Of a stretch of 64,000 nucleotides of DNA, positions 38,025 through 50,011 are shown one piece after another. This DNA is from Camelus dromedarius (Eukaryota). The stretch spans positions 73,906,001-73,970,000 of the forward strand of contig NC_087437.1 in assembly GCF_036321535.1 (NCBI RefSeq), read 5' to 3'. Made by a program: the position numbers and the translations under genes. The notes beneath the pieces are model-generated. The model did not search any database. It was not told the origin of the DNA and saw only the letters and a program-made list of their open reading frames with translations. Position 1 is the first letter of the stretch. Each line of letters begins with the position of its first letter.

Positions 38025-39399
38025 CTGTGGGAGTGTAAATTAGTGTTATGGATGATGAGAAAATTATTTATTAAGAACCTTTTACTGGCAAATGCTGAGA
38101 AGAGGAAGAAAGGCACGCTTTGATAAAGAGCAGAATCCTGAGTTCAGACCTTGTTGGCAGCAGTAGCACCATGAAATTGCTCTTTTGCTTTTATTGTTAT
38201 CTATGGCTCAGTTATTTAAAATACTTAAATGAGAGCTCAAACATTGCCATAAAATACCAGTGAGACATTAATCGTATGTTTTTAAATGGCTAAAACTGGG
38301 ATTTACGTTTTAAGCATATGGCTATATTTATGGGGTTCCCCTGTAATCACTGTAACACTAACTTCCTCGATTGATTTTCAGCTATCAATGACAAATTGTT
38401 TTACAAACTATAATTAAATCTTACAGTAGCACTGACTGGTAGGTAATAAAATCCAAACTTTTACTTATAAATAGTGACTTGTTCTTCTGTGTTCTGCAAA
38501 CATGTATTAGTCAATCCATTGAAGTCTCAAGTAGTTGACAGAATGGCAAGTGTACACAGAGCTAGAGGGATGAAATCAAGAAACCAAGGGATGGACACTT
38601 GCACACTGTAACCAGTATTAAGATTCACTCTGGGCAGACTGAAGAATTAGCCCATTTTAGAAGAGAGGCACAGAGATGTGCAAGTATACTTAGAATGAAA
38701 GGAGGGGAATTAGTGATCAGTACAGGTCAACCAGCCAAAAGATTAAGAGCACGCCTGGCTCCTTTGGGAGATGAGGGAGCGATGTTCGTAATGTTTGTTA
38801 AAGAAGAATGGCAACAAACACGTCATTTTATGGTTCAACCTGTCCTGCAGTCTGTGTGCTAACTTTAGATTCACTCAGGGATGACAGTGAAAGTCTCAGA
38901 GCTGTTTTTCCCAGTGGATCCTGCCTGCAATCTGGGTGCTTTGGCCCTCTTGCGGAGAATTCCCGAATACACACAGAGTCCCACAGGAAATCATGGAGGA
39001 AACACTGAACAGTATTTGAGTCACTGTTATAGACTGGGTTTGCAAAACTCAGGAAAGTGACCCTGTGTTGAAAGAGAAACTGACTTGAAGGAATCTAGAT
39101 AAATTCTTGTTGTTAACTCTACCCCCTGGAAAACTCTTTCAGGCCTTTATGTTAACATCACATGAAAATTTGAGATGCTATCATGACAGTGGACTAGTAG
39201 AAGTCACATATTAAACTGGACTTCTTTAGAAAACTGTCTCAGTGCAAATCATTTTGACTCAAACAAAGGAGCAAAACCCACTACCCTATACCATCTACAT
39301 CTTAATTCCCCCAACTCCTTGCAGTGGATCATTCCTAACAATGGACAAAAATGGATGGTCCCTCCCTTTGATCTCACATGAACCTCACTACTGCAAACC

Positions 39400-40620
39400 A
39401 TTTCTATGTTAATCATTGCCAACAAAATAGTTAGCCCCATTCGTTCTCTACTATCTTCATCTCTCATCTCTTTCACTACTTCTTCACCTTCCAGTCACTC
39501 CTATGTTCCCTCTAGTCCAGCTTCCTCCTCCACTAACCTCTGAAACGGCTCTTCTCCATGTTACCAATTTATTGTCCACTTCTCCGTCTTCACTTCACTC
39601 ATCCTCTTGGCGACATTGCCGGCGATGTGCCAGCTGCACTCCCTCCCTTTGAAACATCTGACTGGGCTCCCGTGGCATGAAAGTTCTGTCTTCCTTCTAT
39701 TCCTATTTCTCAGGCTCATTTCCTGCATCTTCTTAATCTTCTTAGCTTTTACCTTTTGGAGAATCCCAGGGTCTTTTTCTTTTCTGTCTACACATTCTTT
39801 CTCAAAGTGATATTCTTCAAGCTCTGGCTTTAAATCCCAACTTTATGCTGATGATACTCAAAATGTTATGCTCAGTGTAACTTTTCCCTTAGGTCACAAA
39901 AGGTACATATAACTCCCTACAAAACATCTCTACTTGAATACTGTACAGGCGTTTCAACTATAACATGTTTGCAACAGAATTCTTGATTACCCTTAATGAA
40001 TCCTCTGCCCCATCTTCCTTCACTTGTTTTTTCACCAGAATTTCCCATCGCAGTAAATTACACCAGATTCTATCTAGTGGGTCAAGCCCCCAAATTCAGA
40101 TTCTGCTTGATTCCTCCATTCCTTTGGCCCCATATGCAATGAAAAATTCTACTTCCTAGTCATTCTCCAAATATACCCTGACAATCACTGCTTCTCTTCA
40201 TCTCTATTCTCAACATTCAACACTTTAGTTTACACCATCTTGACTTTTTACCTTGACTAACACAACAACTCTTTTCCTGATCTCATGTCTTCAAGTGTTG
40301 TCCTTTGATAAGCAGTTTCTGAGACAGTAGACAATGACCTTTTTAAAAATGTAAATCTGGTCATGCTATTCTGAATCAGGCTATGACTGACTTGCAAGGG
40401 CTTTCCTTAGGTCCTCTGCATTAGCTGCTTCTGCATGAAGATCTCTTCCTATTTACAAGAATTTTCCTCTCTCATTTAAGGTTCAAATTTTGTGTCACTG
40501 CCGCAGAGAAACTTTCAATAAAATTTAAATAATTTTCTATTACATTATTATGATTTATTTTCTCCATGATACTTCCAACTATGAAAATTATTTATTATTT
40601 TTATATGTTTATTTCTTCTC
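39400..40620 (+). mobile_element. L2 fragment
   Basis: Reads FKSQLYADDTQ at ~39829-39861; 'tttttaaaaatgtaaatctggtcatg'. Confidence 0.8.
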
Positions 40621-42456
40621 TATTATTCTTCTGTATTTCTTCTATATGAAGATTTATTATATGAAAACGTTTCCATGTAAATAAAAAAACTCAGTAGGAA
40701 CATTAGAACCTTAGAAGCTAGTTTAGTAAGTAAAAATCCTTAATAGACCTGATAATATAATTCAGATCTATGTCTCTCAATTCTTTGCTTCATTTTCTCC
40801 TTCTGCATATATTGTCAGGATAAGTCTTTAATCTCTGGTAGGATATGCTTGAACTGTCATAGAATGAAAAGAAAAACAACTGTGATTCTTAATATCTTTT
40901 CTCCCAAAGGACTATGATTTACATTTCTTTCTTTCTTTCTCCCTTGTTCAATCTGTTGTTTACTCTCATCTCTAAAGAGTAAAGTCTCCCTTCATTATAG
41001 GTTGAAAAATCATAATGACTTTTTTGGGGGATAAAAATTGTATGCATACTGCATTTTCACTGCAAACACAACATTACCCAAGAAATACTGGCTTACATTT
41101 TTGCTTTCTGAATGAATTTTTAGCAGCAAACAGGACTGAACAGAAATGCTTCTCAGATGACAAAACAAACGTTAGTGTATAGATTTTGCTATATCCTGTT
41201 GAAATGTCCAAATAACTGTCTCTTCTGAAGAGAGAATGGTTTAGAAAATGTGTGCTTTTTTTTTTTTTCTGATCCCCTGTCTCCTCTTTAGATTCTACTT
41301 TTCCTCCAACAGTCCTGTAAGGTTAGCTGAAGGGACAGCCAGTGGGTCAAAACAGAGAAAAAACTAAAAAACAAAAAACAAAAAAACCGTTGCCTAAAGA
41401 CTGACCAGTGATCTCAGAAATTAACAGACAGGCCTTCAAATCACTGTAAGTCTTTCTTCTGTCTTATAAATCATCTGAGATTACTAGTCATAAGAGAAGG
41501 AGTTTATAATCGCTTCCATTACACCCTTTGAATAACTCTTTTACATGACAATGCTGTGTGATAGTTATTTCTTGGCATATCTGACCCGCCCACTTGACAG
41601 TGAGTTCCTCAAGGTCAAGGGAACCTGTCACACATACAATGAATGAACTTTTATTTAAAATATAATATAGTATTTTTGCTTCTACATTTTTACCCTCAGA
41701 TGAGAGATCTGCACTGTGGAGTATTTGGCTTCCTCACCATCAGCAAGACAAAACCTGAAGATTTAGCAATCACGTTGAGTTGTTAGAAAAACTACTAGAG
41801 TCATATTCATGTCATCAGTTCCTGCCATGCTAGTCTAGACTGTACCGATATGAATTGCTGAGTTTCAGCGGAGGGAGAAATTGTGTCATTTTCCCATACG
41901 TATATGTTTTGTGACATTTTCAAAATAGAAACTGAATTATATAAAGGTTTGCATGTTAAAGAAATAGAATATTTTTGAGTTTAACTTTGTAATTGTACTA
42001 TGACATTTGTGAAATATACAATTACTATTGTCAAACGAAAAGGGACCACTTTAATTTCAGATTTCTAGGGGGAAAAAGGAAAGGGAGCTATAGTTATGAG
42101 CTCCTTCCATTCAGGCATCAGTGAAGGTACAGTGAGAAAAAGGAAACCATTAATGTAGATAGATAATCATTAGTCATGGCCATATCATGGGACAGACCTG
42201 AATACATATTTTATACACATTTTATAAAAGATTTGAGGTCCAAGGGCTGTTAGAAGCTCTTCTAGGGGAAAAGGAATGGGTAGTTATAACAATTAAATAG
42301 AATTTGTTACTGTCTCTAGATATTCACATATCAACTAAGTCTGTACATATGAATCATAATGACTTTTATTAAGAGACTTTTGGGTACTAAGTAGAATTAT
42401 CTTATAATGTTGTAATGAAATTTAGGATAACAAATATGTTAAGGATACATACATAC

Positions 42457-42484
42457 ATCCACACTGATCTTAACTAGAGTAAAT
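42457..42484 (-). pseudogene. Short pseudo-exon (28, 32 or 36 nt depending on donor)
   Basis: ctttttctttttatgcag|ATTTACTCTAGTTAAGATCAGTGTGGAT|gtatgtatgtatcctt; the 28-nt form links phase 0 to the phase-1 frame of the 38024 exon. Confidence 0.45.
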
Positions 42485-42952
42485 CTGCATAAAAAGAAAA
42501 AGCTATTTCAAAAATTAATTGCAGATTTGGTGGGGAGAAGGAGCTGATAGGATTGTGGGAAAGTTTTGGTCTCATAATTTTCTATATTTTTCATGTATGA
42601 AAAAATAAAATTATGTATATATTATAATGAGAATAAAAGCATTTATCATAAACTGAGAGTAGCAGGCCTCCAAATTAAATATATTACAAATTATTTACCA
42701 TGACAAATTATGCATGAGATATGAACATAAATAAATTCATTTAAATAAACTTTATTGAATGGCAGTCAGGTGCTAGCATAAGAGAAATAGTAATTATAGG
42801 CACATGACTATATTTATTCATATCCCGTGAGTGATATGGGCTCATGGACCCAATTCAGTGAAAAGAACATAAAAATATTATCTGTTATCTATTATTTTAT
42901 AACTATACATTCCAATTGATACCAGTACTTTTAAATACTCAGAAATGAGATA
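42479..42952 (+). repeat. Inverted repeat, left arm
   Basis: Reverse complement of 44158-44636; manual alignment gives ~12 substitutions and 2 indels. Confidence 0.97.
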
Positions 42953-43538
42953 TATACATTTAGTTAAATAATTGATGTTACATGTAGAAAACAGAATTCT
43001 ATGCCAACAAAAAGGGTTTTGTAAATTAATATTTGGTGACACAATATGCTGTTAAATTAAAAAGATCATTTCTTAAACAATACATACAGGGGATAAAAAT
43101 TTCATTAAAATTTTTGGATTTATATATATGGGTATATATAGAAAAGGTATAAATAAATAAATAAATAAACAAGTAAATCCAATTACTTACCTCCCAAAAA
43201 ACAATTTTAAAAAAAGGCTTAGATATATGATATTTTCCATGGCTCTTTTATCTCTATTATCTTATCTCCTATCATTTGAATAACATAATTTAAGAAATAA
43301 CAAGGAGGTGTTTAAAAAAATGCTCTTAAAGCCTGGGGAGGCAGAATAATAGGTGCCATATTCCTTTTTTCATATGTTTTATGCACACATATTCCTTAGT
43401 AAAGCAAAATATGACTATGAAGTGCAATGAATCTGAAATCCGCAAACATTAAGTCATTGTTTCAGGCAAAACAAAATGTCAGTAGCCAATATTTTCACTG
43501 CTTCTTACTGGCTTGTTATAAGCTATAATTAGCCATAC

Positions 43539-43608
43539 CTGTATCACAGATCTGATCTCTTCACCCACAAATCTGATATCTTCAAAACATCAGACTGCAT
43601 TTTTTTTT
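43539..43608 (-). pseudogene. Pseudo-exon, 70 nt, inside the inverted-repeat spacer
   Basis: ttcttcttccttcttttccacag|A...ACAG|gtatgg; phase 2 to 0 frame KKNAV*CFEDIRFVGEEIRSVIQ; all three frames contain a stop. Confidence 0.7.
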
Positions 43609-44157
43609 CTGTGGAAAAGAAGGAAGAAGAATGGTGTAAGAGGCAAAGGTTAGTTAAGGTCAGACCTTTTAACCCAAAGCTAATCCATAGATTAGAGCAA
43701 ATATATTCTTTTGCATGCACTTGATTTAAGACCTCAGATGAACAAAGAAACTGGTTAAACATGCTACAAAATATACATTTCTGGAACACATCCTCCATTT
43801 TACTCCCTCTACCCACACCTCCACTTCCACATGGGAGGGCAGACTGCTTGGACCCAAGTTATCAGTAGATGTTGATAAAATGTAGCTGAAGCTCTCTGTT
43901 TCTCCCTGTCCTCATTTGCTTATGAGAACAAAGAAAAACTGAAGTAGCTTTGGTTAAATACGGGCAACTCTCTTCAATTTCCCGTGAAAACATCCTTATT
44001 GAGTTACCCCTTCACAAAGAAAGATGGCAGGTGTGGATGGCCTGACGGTGACCCTGGCAACTGAAGATGTAGAATTTCAGACTGTCATTTAGCTACAACC
44101 CCCTAGTGACTGCTTACTCAACCACTGTACGTAACAGTACTGAGAACTTGTAACATG

Positions 44158-44636
44158 TATCTCATTTCTGAGTATTTGAAAGTACTGGTATCAACTGGAG
44201 CGTATAGTCATAAAATAATAGATTATAGACAGATAATATTTCTATGTTCTTTTCACTGAATTGGGTCCATGAGCCCATATCACTCACTGGATATGAATAA
44301 ATACAGTCATGTGCCTATAATTACTATTTCTCTTATGCTAGCACCTGACTGCCATTCAATAAAGTTTATTTAAATGAATTTATTTATGTTCATATCTCAT
44401 GCATAATTTGTCATGGTAAATAATTTGTAATATATTTAATTTGGAGGCCTGCTACTCTCAGTTTATGATAAATGCTTTTATTCTCATTATAATATATACA
44501 TAATTTCATTATTTCATACATGAAAAATATAGAAAATTATGAGACCAAAACTTTCCCACAATCCTATCAGCTCCTTCTCCCCACCAAATCTGCAGTTAAT
44601 TTTTGAAATAGTTTTTTTCTTTTTATGCAGATTTAC
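44158..44636 (-). repeat. Inverted repeat, right arm
   Basis: For example, 44341-44460 is the exact reverse complement of the corresponding part of 42650-42775. Confidence 0.97.
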
Positions 44637-44639
44637 CAA

Positions 44640-44995
44640 AAGTGCTGCCATGGATAGCCTAGTAAATTTTTTCTGTAGCTTCGTCATTTTTCCCAATAGC
44701 CTATTAAAAACTAGACTATAAATGAAGCCCCAATTTCCTTCCAGAAAATCTGAAGCAACATACAACTGCACCTGCCTGTGTGACAGCATCCAGTCCTCCC
44801 CTCCCTTACTACCTTGCACTTGCACTATGTGCCTGTATTATCTTGACAATGCAGAATCTTTAAAATTCTAAGTATCTTTACAAAATTGATAAAGGGGCAT
44901 ATTATTTTAATTTGTATTTTTATTATGAGTCACTAAGCATTCTCTCTAATATTTAATGGCTATTTTTCTTCCTCTAGGAATTGCTTAAGTGTATT
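44640..44995 (-). mobile_element. Old L1M fragment abutting the right inverted-repeat arm
   Basis: 'attattttaatttgtattttt...taagcattctct...ttaatggctattttt'. Confidence 0.5.
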
Positions 44996-45589
44996 AATTC
45001 ACTATGCATTGTTAAAGGCTTAATCAGCCAAAGACCACCAGGCACAAATTTGAAATCTGACAGAATTGGATGTGTTGACTTGCTGCAGCTAAAAAGGGCA
45101 CTCCAGAGGAGCTATGAAATGCCACATGACAAGAGGAAACAGGGAAGCATCTTTTGAAAGGTTTTGGTTACTGCTGAATAATTCTGAAGAGTGTCTAAGG
45201 AAAGAGGGCATTAACTCTGGATTAGTTGCTGGTTTTAGGCAGGATTGAGAGAATGAGGATTTACTAGGAATTGGGTGCGGTCATGAGGTGACAGCATTTC
45301 AGCAATTAGATGTCCTCAGTAATAGACGAAATAAACAAAGAACTTCTGGGAGCATCACTGGTAAGCAAACAGAAGTTACACAAAGAGAGGTTAGTTATGG
45401 CATTTTACGGGGAGGCCTCGGGGAAATGATGTGTTCTGTTAATTTGGAGACTGTCTTTGTCTGTGTCCAACCTCCTACCCACCCTGATTAATGGCAGAGT
45501 GCCTTTTCCATTTTCCCTCTTAGCTGATGTTCATTCTTAAAATCCCAGACAGCTTTTTACACTTTGAGAATAGAGCTTACCAAAGTTTA

Positions 45590-45870
45590 GGTCACATATA
45601 TTATTGGTTAATGGTGTAGAATTACACATTCTTGAGGGGAGGCTTGGCGTGTCTCCTTACTGATGGTATCATTTTGGACAAGATACATAATCACTTTAGT
45701 TTCAGTTTTCATATCTGTAAACAAGAAGTATTATTGCTACTACCACTGCTACTACTATTACAGTCCACCTGGTAGGGCTCTTGAGGAAATTAAATCTGAT
45801 TATTTTTATAAAGCACTTAGCAAAAGGTCTAGCATGATAGAATTGGTCAAAAAGTAGTAGTAACTAAAAG
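45590..45870 (+). mobile_element. MIR
   Basis: 'ttcagttttcatatctgtaaa...ataaagcacttagc'. Confidence 0.65.
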
Positions 45871-46019
45871 GGTTTGTTTAGTATGGGTTTTTATGAATGA
45901 ACTGATGGAAACAATGAATGAAAAGACCACAATTAGGCAAGTATCTTTCTACTTGCTAGATGGGATGCTGCCTGATTCATGATTGTTGAATAAAGCCAAC
46001 TAGAGCTTCAAAAAAAAAA

Positions 46020-46660
46020 AAGCATGATTAGTATGATTGTATATGTGTCTACATATGAGACTGAAGGATGCCTGACTGTGGAAGTTGCTAATGAATATTC
46101 CATGATTAGCAATTTGATTTTTGTTGAATGATTCTAGATACTTGCAGATGAAAGAGGAGCTCAATTTTGCAGATTTAGATAATCTCATAGGCAGAAGTTC
46201 CTTATTAGCCTGAGATAGGAAAGATGAAAAGATCAGTGAGAAATAGGCCTGGGTATGGAGTCTAGTAGGCTGTGGGTCCCACTAAAGGAGCAAGGACACA
46301 CCCATTTCCAGAATATTCTCTGGGGGAAAAGTTCGAGTCTATCTTTATAGCTCTGGGTATGACATAACGAATTTGAAGAGCACACACACAATAAAGGGAA
46401 AAGAAATGTTTCAGGGAATAGATTAATAAACTGAGAGGCAGAGGTGTACAAGGAATGAAAGCATCAAGGGGGCAGGTGTTAAAATGCTAAACATTGGGTT
46501 AGAAGAGGAGGAAGATCAATCTCTCCTAAAAGAGAAGAAGCAAGAAGCCAAGTAGGTGTGAACTCAGAGCAAAAGCAATGAAAAGCAGCTGGGTTAGAAT
46601 TAAGTGTGGTGAAACCGTTGATGTAAAGCATGGATGCATTTGGCTCCGCTACAGATGCCA
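46020..46660 (-). mobile_element. L2 fragment
   Basis: Purine-rich antisense L2 pattern, 'gatacttgcagatgaaagaggagc', 'atggagtctagtagg'. Confidence 0.45.
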
Positions 46661-47394
46661 GCAGGTCAGTCTGTTTCAATGTACAGCGGTCTGGGATGGT
46701 GAGAAATTGTGCTTTCTGTGCGAGAAAAAAACATTATGAAGTCCAGTCAGTAATACAACTGAAAGGCCACCAGGCAGGTTCTAGAAAATATCCTTTGTTG
46801 TAGTTAATACAAACCAGCTATTCTGGCTGTCACTCCAACACATGACCATGAGGTGACAGGGGTTTTGGTGGCTTACACACTGGAAATCCCTGAGGAAACC
46901 AAGTTGATGAATGCAACAACCAATCCGCTCTCCTCGTGCAGCCAGACAGACACACACAGTCCTGCTGCCAACTGAATAAGCACAGAAAATATTAGAGGAG
47001 TTGTGGATAAAGGAGGGTGGATAAGTGAAATTTAGACCCATTTGCTGCTATTTTCAATAATTGGGCAAGTCATAGGAAAAAAATACTTAAATGAAAGCTG
47101 TGCCATTAAGTATGCTATCTGGTCAACTTCACCCTGGATTGGCTTATTCAAAAAGTACTATTTTTAAAATTGAATAGGTCAACCTTTCTCAACAGTGAGT
47201 CATTGACTGAACCCAATTTAGCTAAATCCAGGTCACTGAACACCTACTCTCATAATGCCTCTCTTATGTGATTGTAGTGGAGGCCTGTGTTCTTGTTTTT
47301 AACCCCAATGTTAACATTTTTGTTTTATTTGGCTTTTTTGGTTAAAAAAAAAAAAAAGCTAAAAATACTTTGAAAAGAAGAAAAACTACTCTAC

Positions 47395-47681
47395 CTTAAG
47401 CATATCAACAGAGTTAATAGAGTTCCAGAATCAGTCTCATTGTAAAAATCTGGAACTTCCCTTTTGTCCTGACAAATTCTAACATCAGAATTCTGAACAT
47501 TCCTTCTTTGCTCCATCTGACCTTTCAGATACTAACACAAGCGTTATTTGCCTTGAGCAGCTATAGAACAGCTGTTCAAACCCTCGTTACAGATTTCTTA
47601 ACATTTTCACTATTCTATTGTCAATTTATTTACAGATCAACACTAGGCAAATATTCCTTGGAGATATATATATTTTTTCCT
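47395..47681 (-). pseudogene. Pseudo-exon, 287 nt
   Basis: ttttttcccttag|AG...TTAAG|gtagag; 3' half open (YLKGQMEQRRNVQNSDVRICQDKREVPDFYNETDSGTLLTLLICL), ending phase 2, compatible with the 43608 exon; 5' half disrupted. Confidence 0.55.
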
Positions 47682-48639
47682 CTAAGGGAAAAAAATACAT
47701 ATAAATGTGTGTATGTGTATGCTTGGCATACATACATACAAAAAGTTTATAATAAATTTGAAAGAAAGAAAATTCTCTAATACAAGATTTCATTGGCAGA
47801 ATTCAATGTCAAAGTCAATTAAAACAATATTAGAAAATGTCTTAATCTGGGGAAAATGTCATTTTATTTCAATAATGTTATATTTTAACTTTCCAAAATA
47901 GTTTCATAGATTTTTGCATCTTATTATAACCTATGCAGAGTCACAATTTTTAAGAATTATTGTGTTTATAAAGTAAAATCACAAATATTTATTCAGATGT
48001 GAGGCATCTGATTTAATTTTGAAAGTTTTGCTATTTAACAAGCCAAATAAGATATTCAAGCCACTGGTCTTTTCCGATCACAAGAAATGATCTGAAATTT
48101 TTTTCTTAGATTTGGGATAAAATTAAGTCATTTCTATACCACGAGACAAAATAGATGGAACCAAAGCAAAATTAAAGTGTAATAAATGAGGATTGTAAGC
48201 ATATTTTTAGTTTGTCGACTCTACTATAATAAGATAATATAATAAGCCTTCATTATCATTGGCTTATACTCAGGTTACACATGAATATTTTTCCTTACTT
48301 CCATTATAATGAAGATAATAGAAAGAGATTGCTTCATAGACACTTAACAGTTTCATGTTTATAATAATTAACTGTCATTTTATTTCATCTGTATTCAATA
48401 AAATTGAGATAAAATATAATGAAACAGAGCAAAATCCTGAGAAGACAATTGATAACTCAAAAAATTTTTAAACTTTTATATAAAATGTTAATACAGAACT
48501 ATTTTAATATAAAATGTAATTGTAGCAGGAGAGAAGAATGAAAATCTAAGTCCTTAGCCAGATTTTTCTTATACCTTGTCAAACATAAATTCAACTCTAT
48601 GTATTTCATGCTCTGAAACATATTATTTTTGCAGCTTCA

Positions 48640-49100
48640 ACATTTATATTTACATCCTTTCTTGAGCCTAATGGTGATCATTCACATTCCCTACAATGCA
48701 CTGAGAGTGAAGTTTGATAACCAGGAGTTAATCCATACAAGAAGAAACTGAGAGGCCAATAATTAATTAATTTGCTCAATATGTTCTCCTAGTAAGTGAC
48801 AGAAATGGAATGCAAGCTCATGCTTCTCTTACTCGTAAGTTTTTCCTCTCAGTCAGTAGTTTTCAACATTCAAAAATCATTTAAAAATGACAGATGCCAA
48901 TATATTTCAGAGATTAAGTGCTCGGCACGGGCGTTGGAGTCTGGATTAGAACCTTAACTCTTCCAGTCAATAGCTGTAAGGCCTTAAGTAAATGTTTCAC
49001 ACTCTTATGACTCAGTTTTCTAATCTCAAAAAAGAGAATAATAATACTCTCAAAATATTTTATGTATAGGGACTAAGTTTGACAATCATACTGCAATGAC
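48640..49100. mobile_element. Two MIR fragments (minus, then plus)
   Basis: 'aagaagaaactgagagg...ctagtaagtgacaga'; 'ttggagtctgga...ctcagttttctaatct'. Confidence 0.6.
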
Positions 49101-49265
49101 TGGGAGTCTGGGCTTACCATTGTGAACCTCGACACTACACCTGCTGTATCTTAATAGAGTTCTTTAACTTTGTATTTTCACAGCAGGTGAACATGATCTC
49201 TCTTTTTTGTAGCTATAATAAGAAGTACTTTTCTAGTTAAAATTTATTCTTTATTGGCACTTTAC

Positions 49266-50011
49266 CCTGTGTAGTTTCCCAACAGAAGTTATTTCTATTG
49301 TTTGTCAGAGATAATTTTACCCCACAAGTTTTTTTCTCCCAACATATCTGCCAACTTTCTGCAAGTTTATATCAGGCATGGGAACAGAGACTTTCTTCCA
49401 TCTTTGAGTAGAGATAAAAAAATTATTATGATGAATATACTGACCCCTAGAAAACTCCCTGTTAACTGGTAATATCTTGAGTTACATTATTTTGCAAAAG
49501 TTGAATATCTGCTCAAGTTCATACCGATCGTAAGAGTAACACTTTTTTCAGGTACCAAACTCCATTTAGTTAAACCATGATAGGGTCTACTTTCTGTTCA
49601 GTCTCTCTGTATAACTCTCATTTTATTTGCAATTGCTTGTGTGCATCATTAAAAAACACAATTTATCCCTTAAAAATAACAGTTTCAGAAGGAAAAGAAC
49701 TATCTTGGGTCTGCGATATTTCCCCATTTAAAGAAGAAATGATTTTTTCTTTGCAATGACTGTTAGAAAATATTCAGGCTACTGAAGCTTAGAAAACATG
49801 TTAGGTTGATAAGTGTTTATAAATGGAATGGTGAATCATAATTTCAACTGACTTCACCCTGTCCTTAGCTATAAGAGACTTGCTTGGCTAATGTATTTAT
49901 GCGACAAGAATCTCTTTATCATATTGAATTTTGCTCATATCTTGAACATATGTGAAAAAATATGCCTCTGAAATACAACATTCAGAGAACTATATCAGTG
50001 CAATCATGAAA
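49266..50011 (-). pseudogene. Possible large, heavily decayed pseudo-exon
   Basis: gtgtttctttcag|T...CAGG|gtaaag; protein-like fragments (SHCKEKIISSLNGEISQTQDSSFPSETVIFKG; WGKIISDKTIEITSVGKLHR) but many stops. Confidence 0.35.

Noticed and set aside
2805..43608. In-frame TGA codons as selenocysteine or programmed readthrough
   Set aside because: Other exons carry TAA/TAG and apparent frameshifts, so ordinary decay explains them. That the stops can be read as CGA/CAA/CAG mutants is true of any stop and is not evidence.
42479..44636. Inverted repeat as a DNA transposon or MITE with long terminal repeats
   Set aside because: No TSD outside the arms (…ctaga / caaaa…), no transposase in the spacer, and the arm contains host intron-exon boundary sequence.
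43539..47520. Loose resemblance of DSGTLLTLLICL...EEIRSVIQ to TRADD-N-like or Mab21-like motifs
   Set aside because: By-eye similarity only, with no diagnostic motif; no gene symbol assigned without a profile search.
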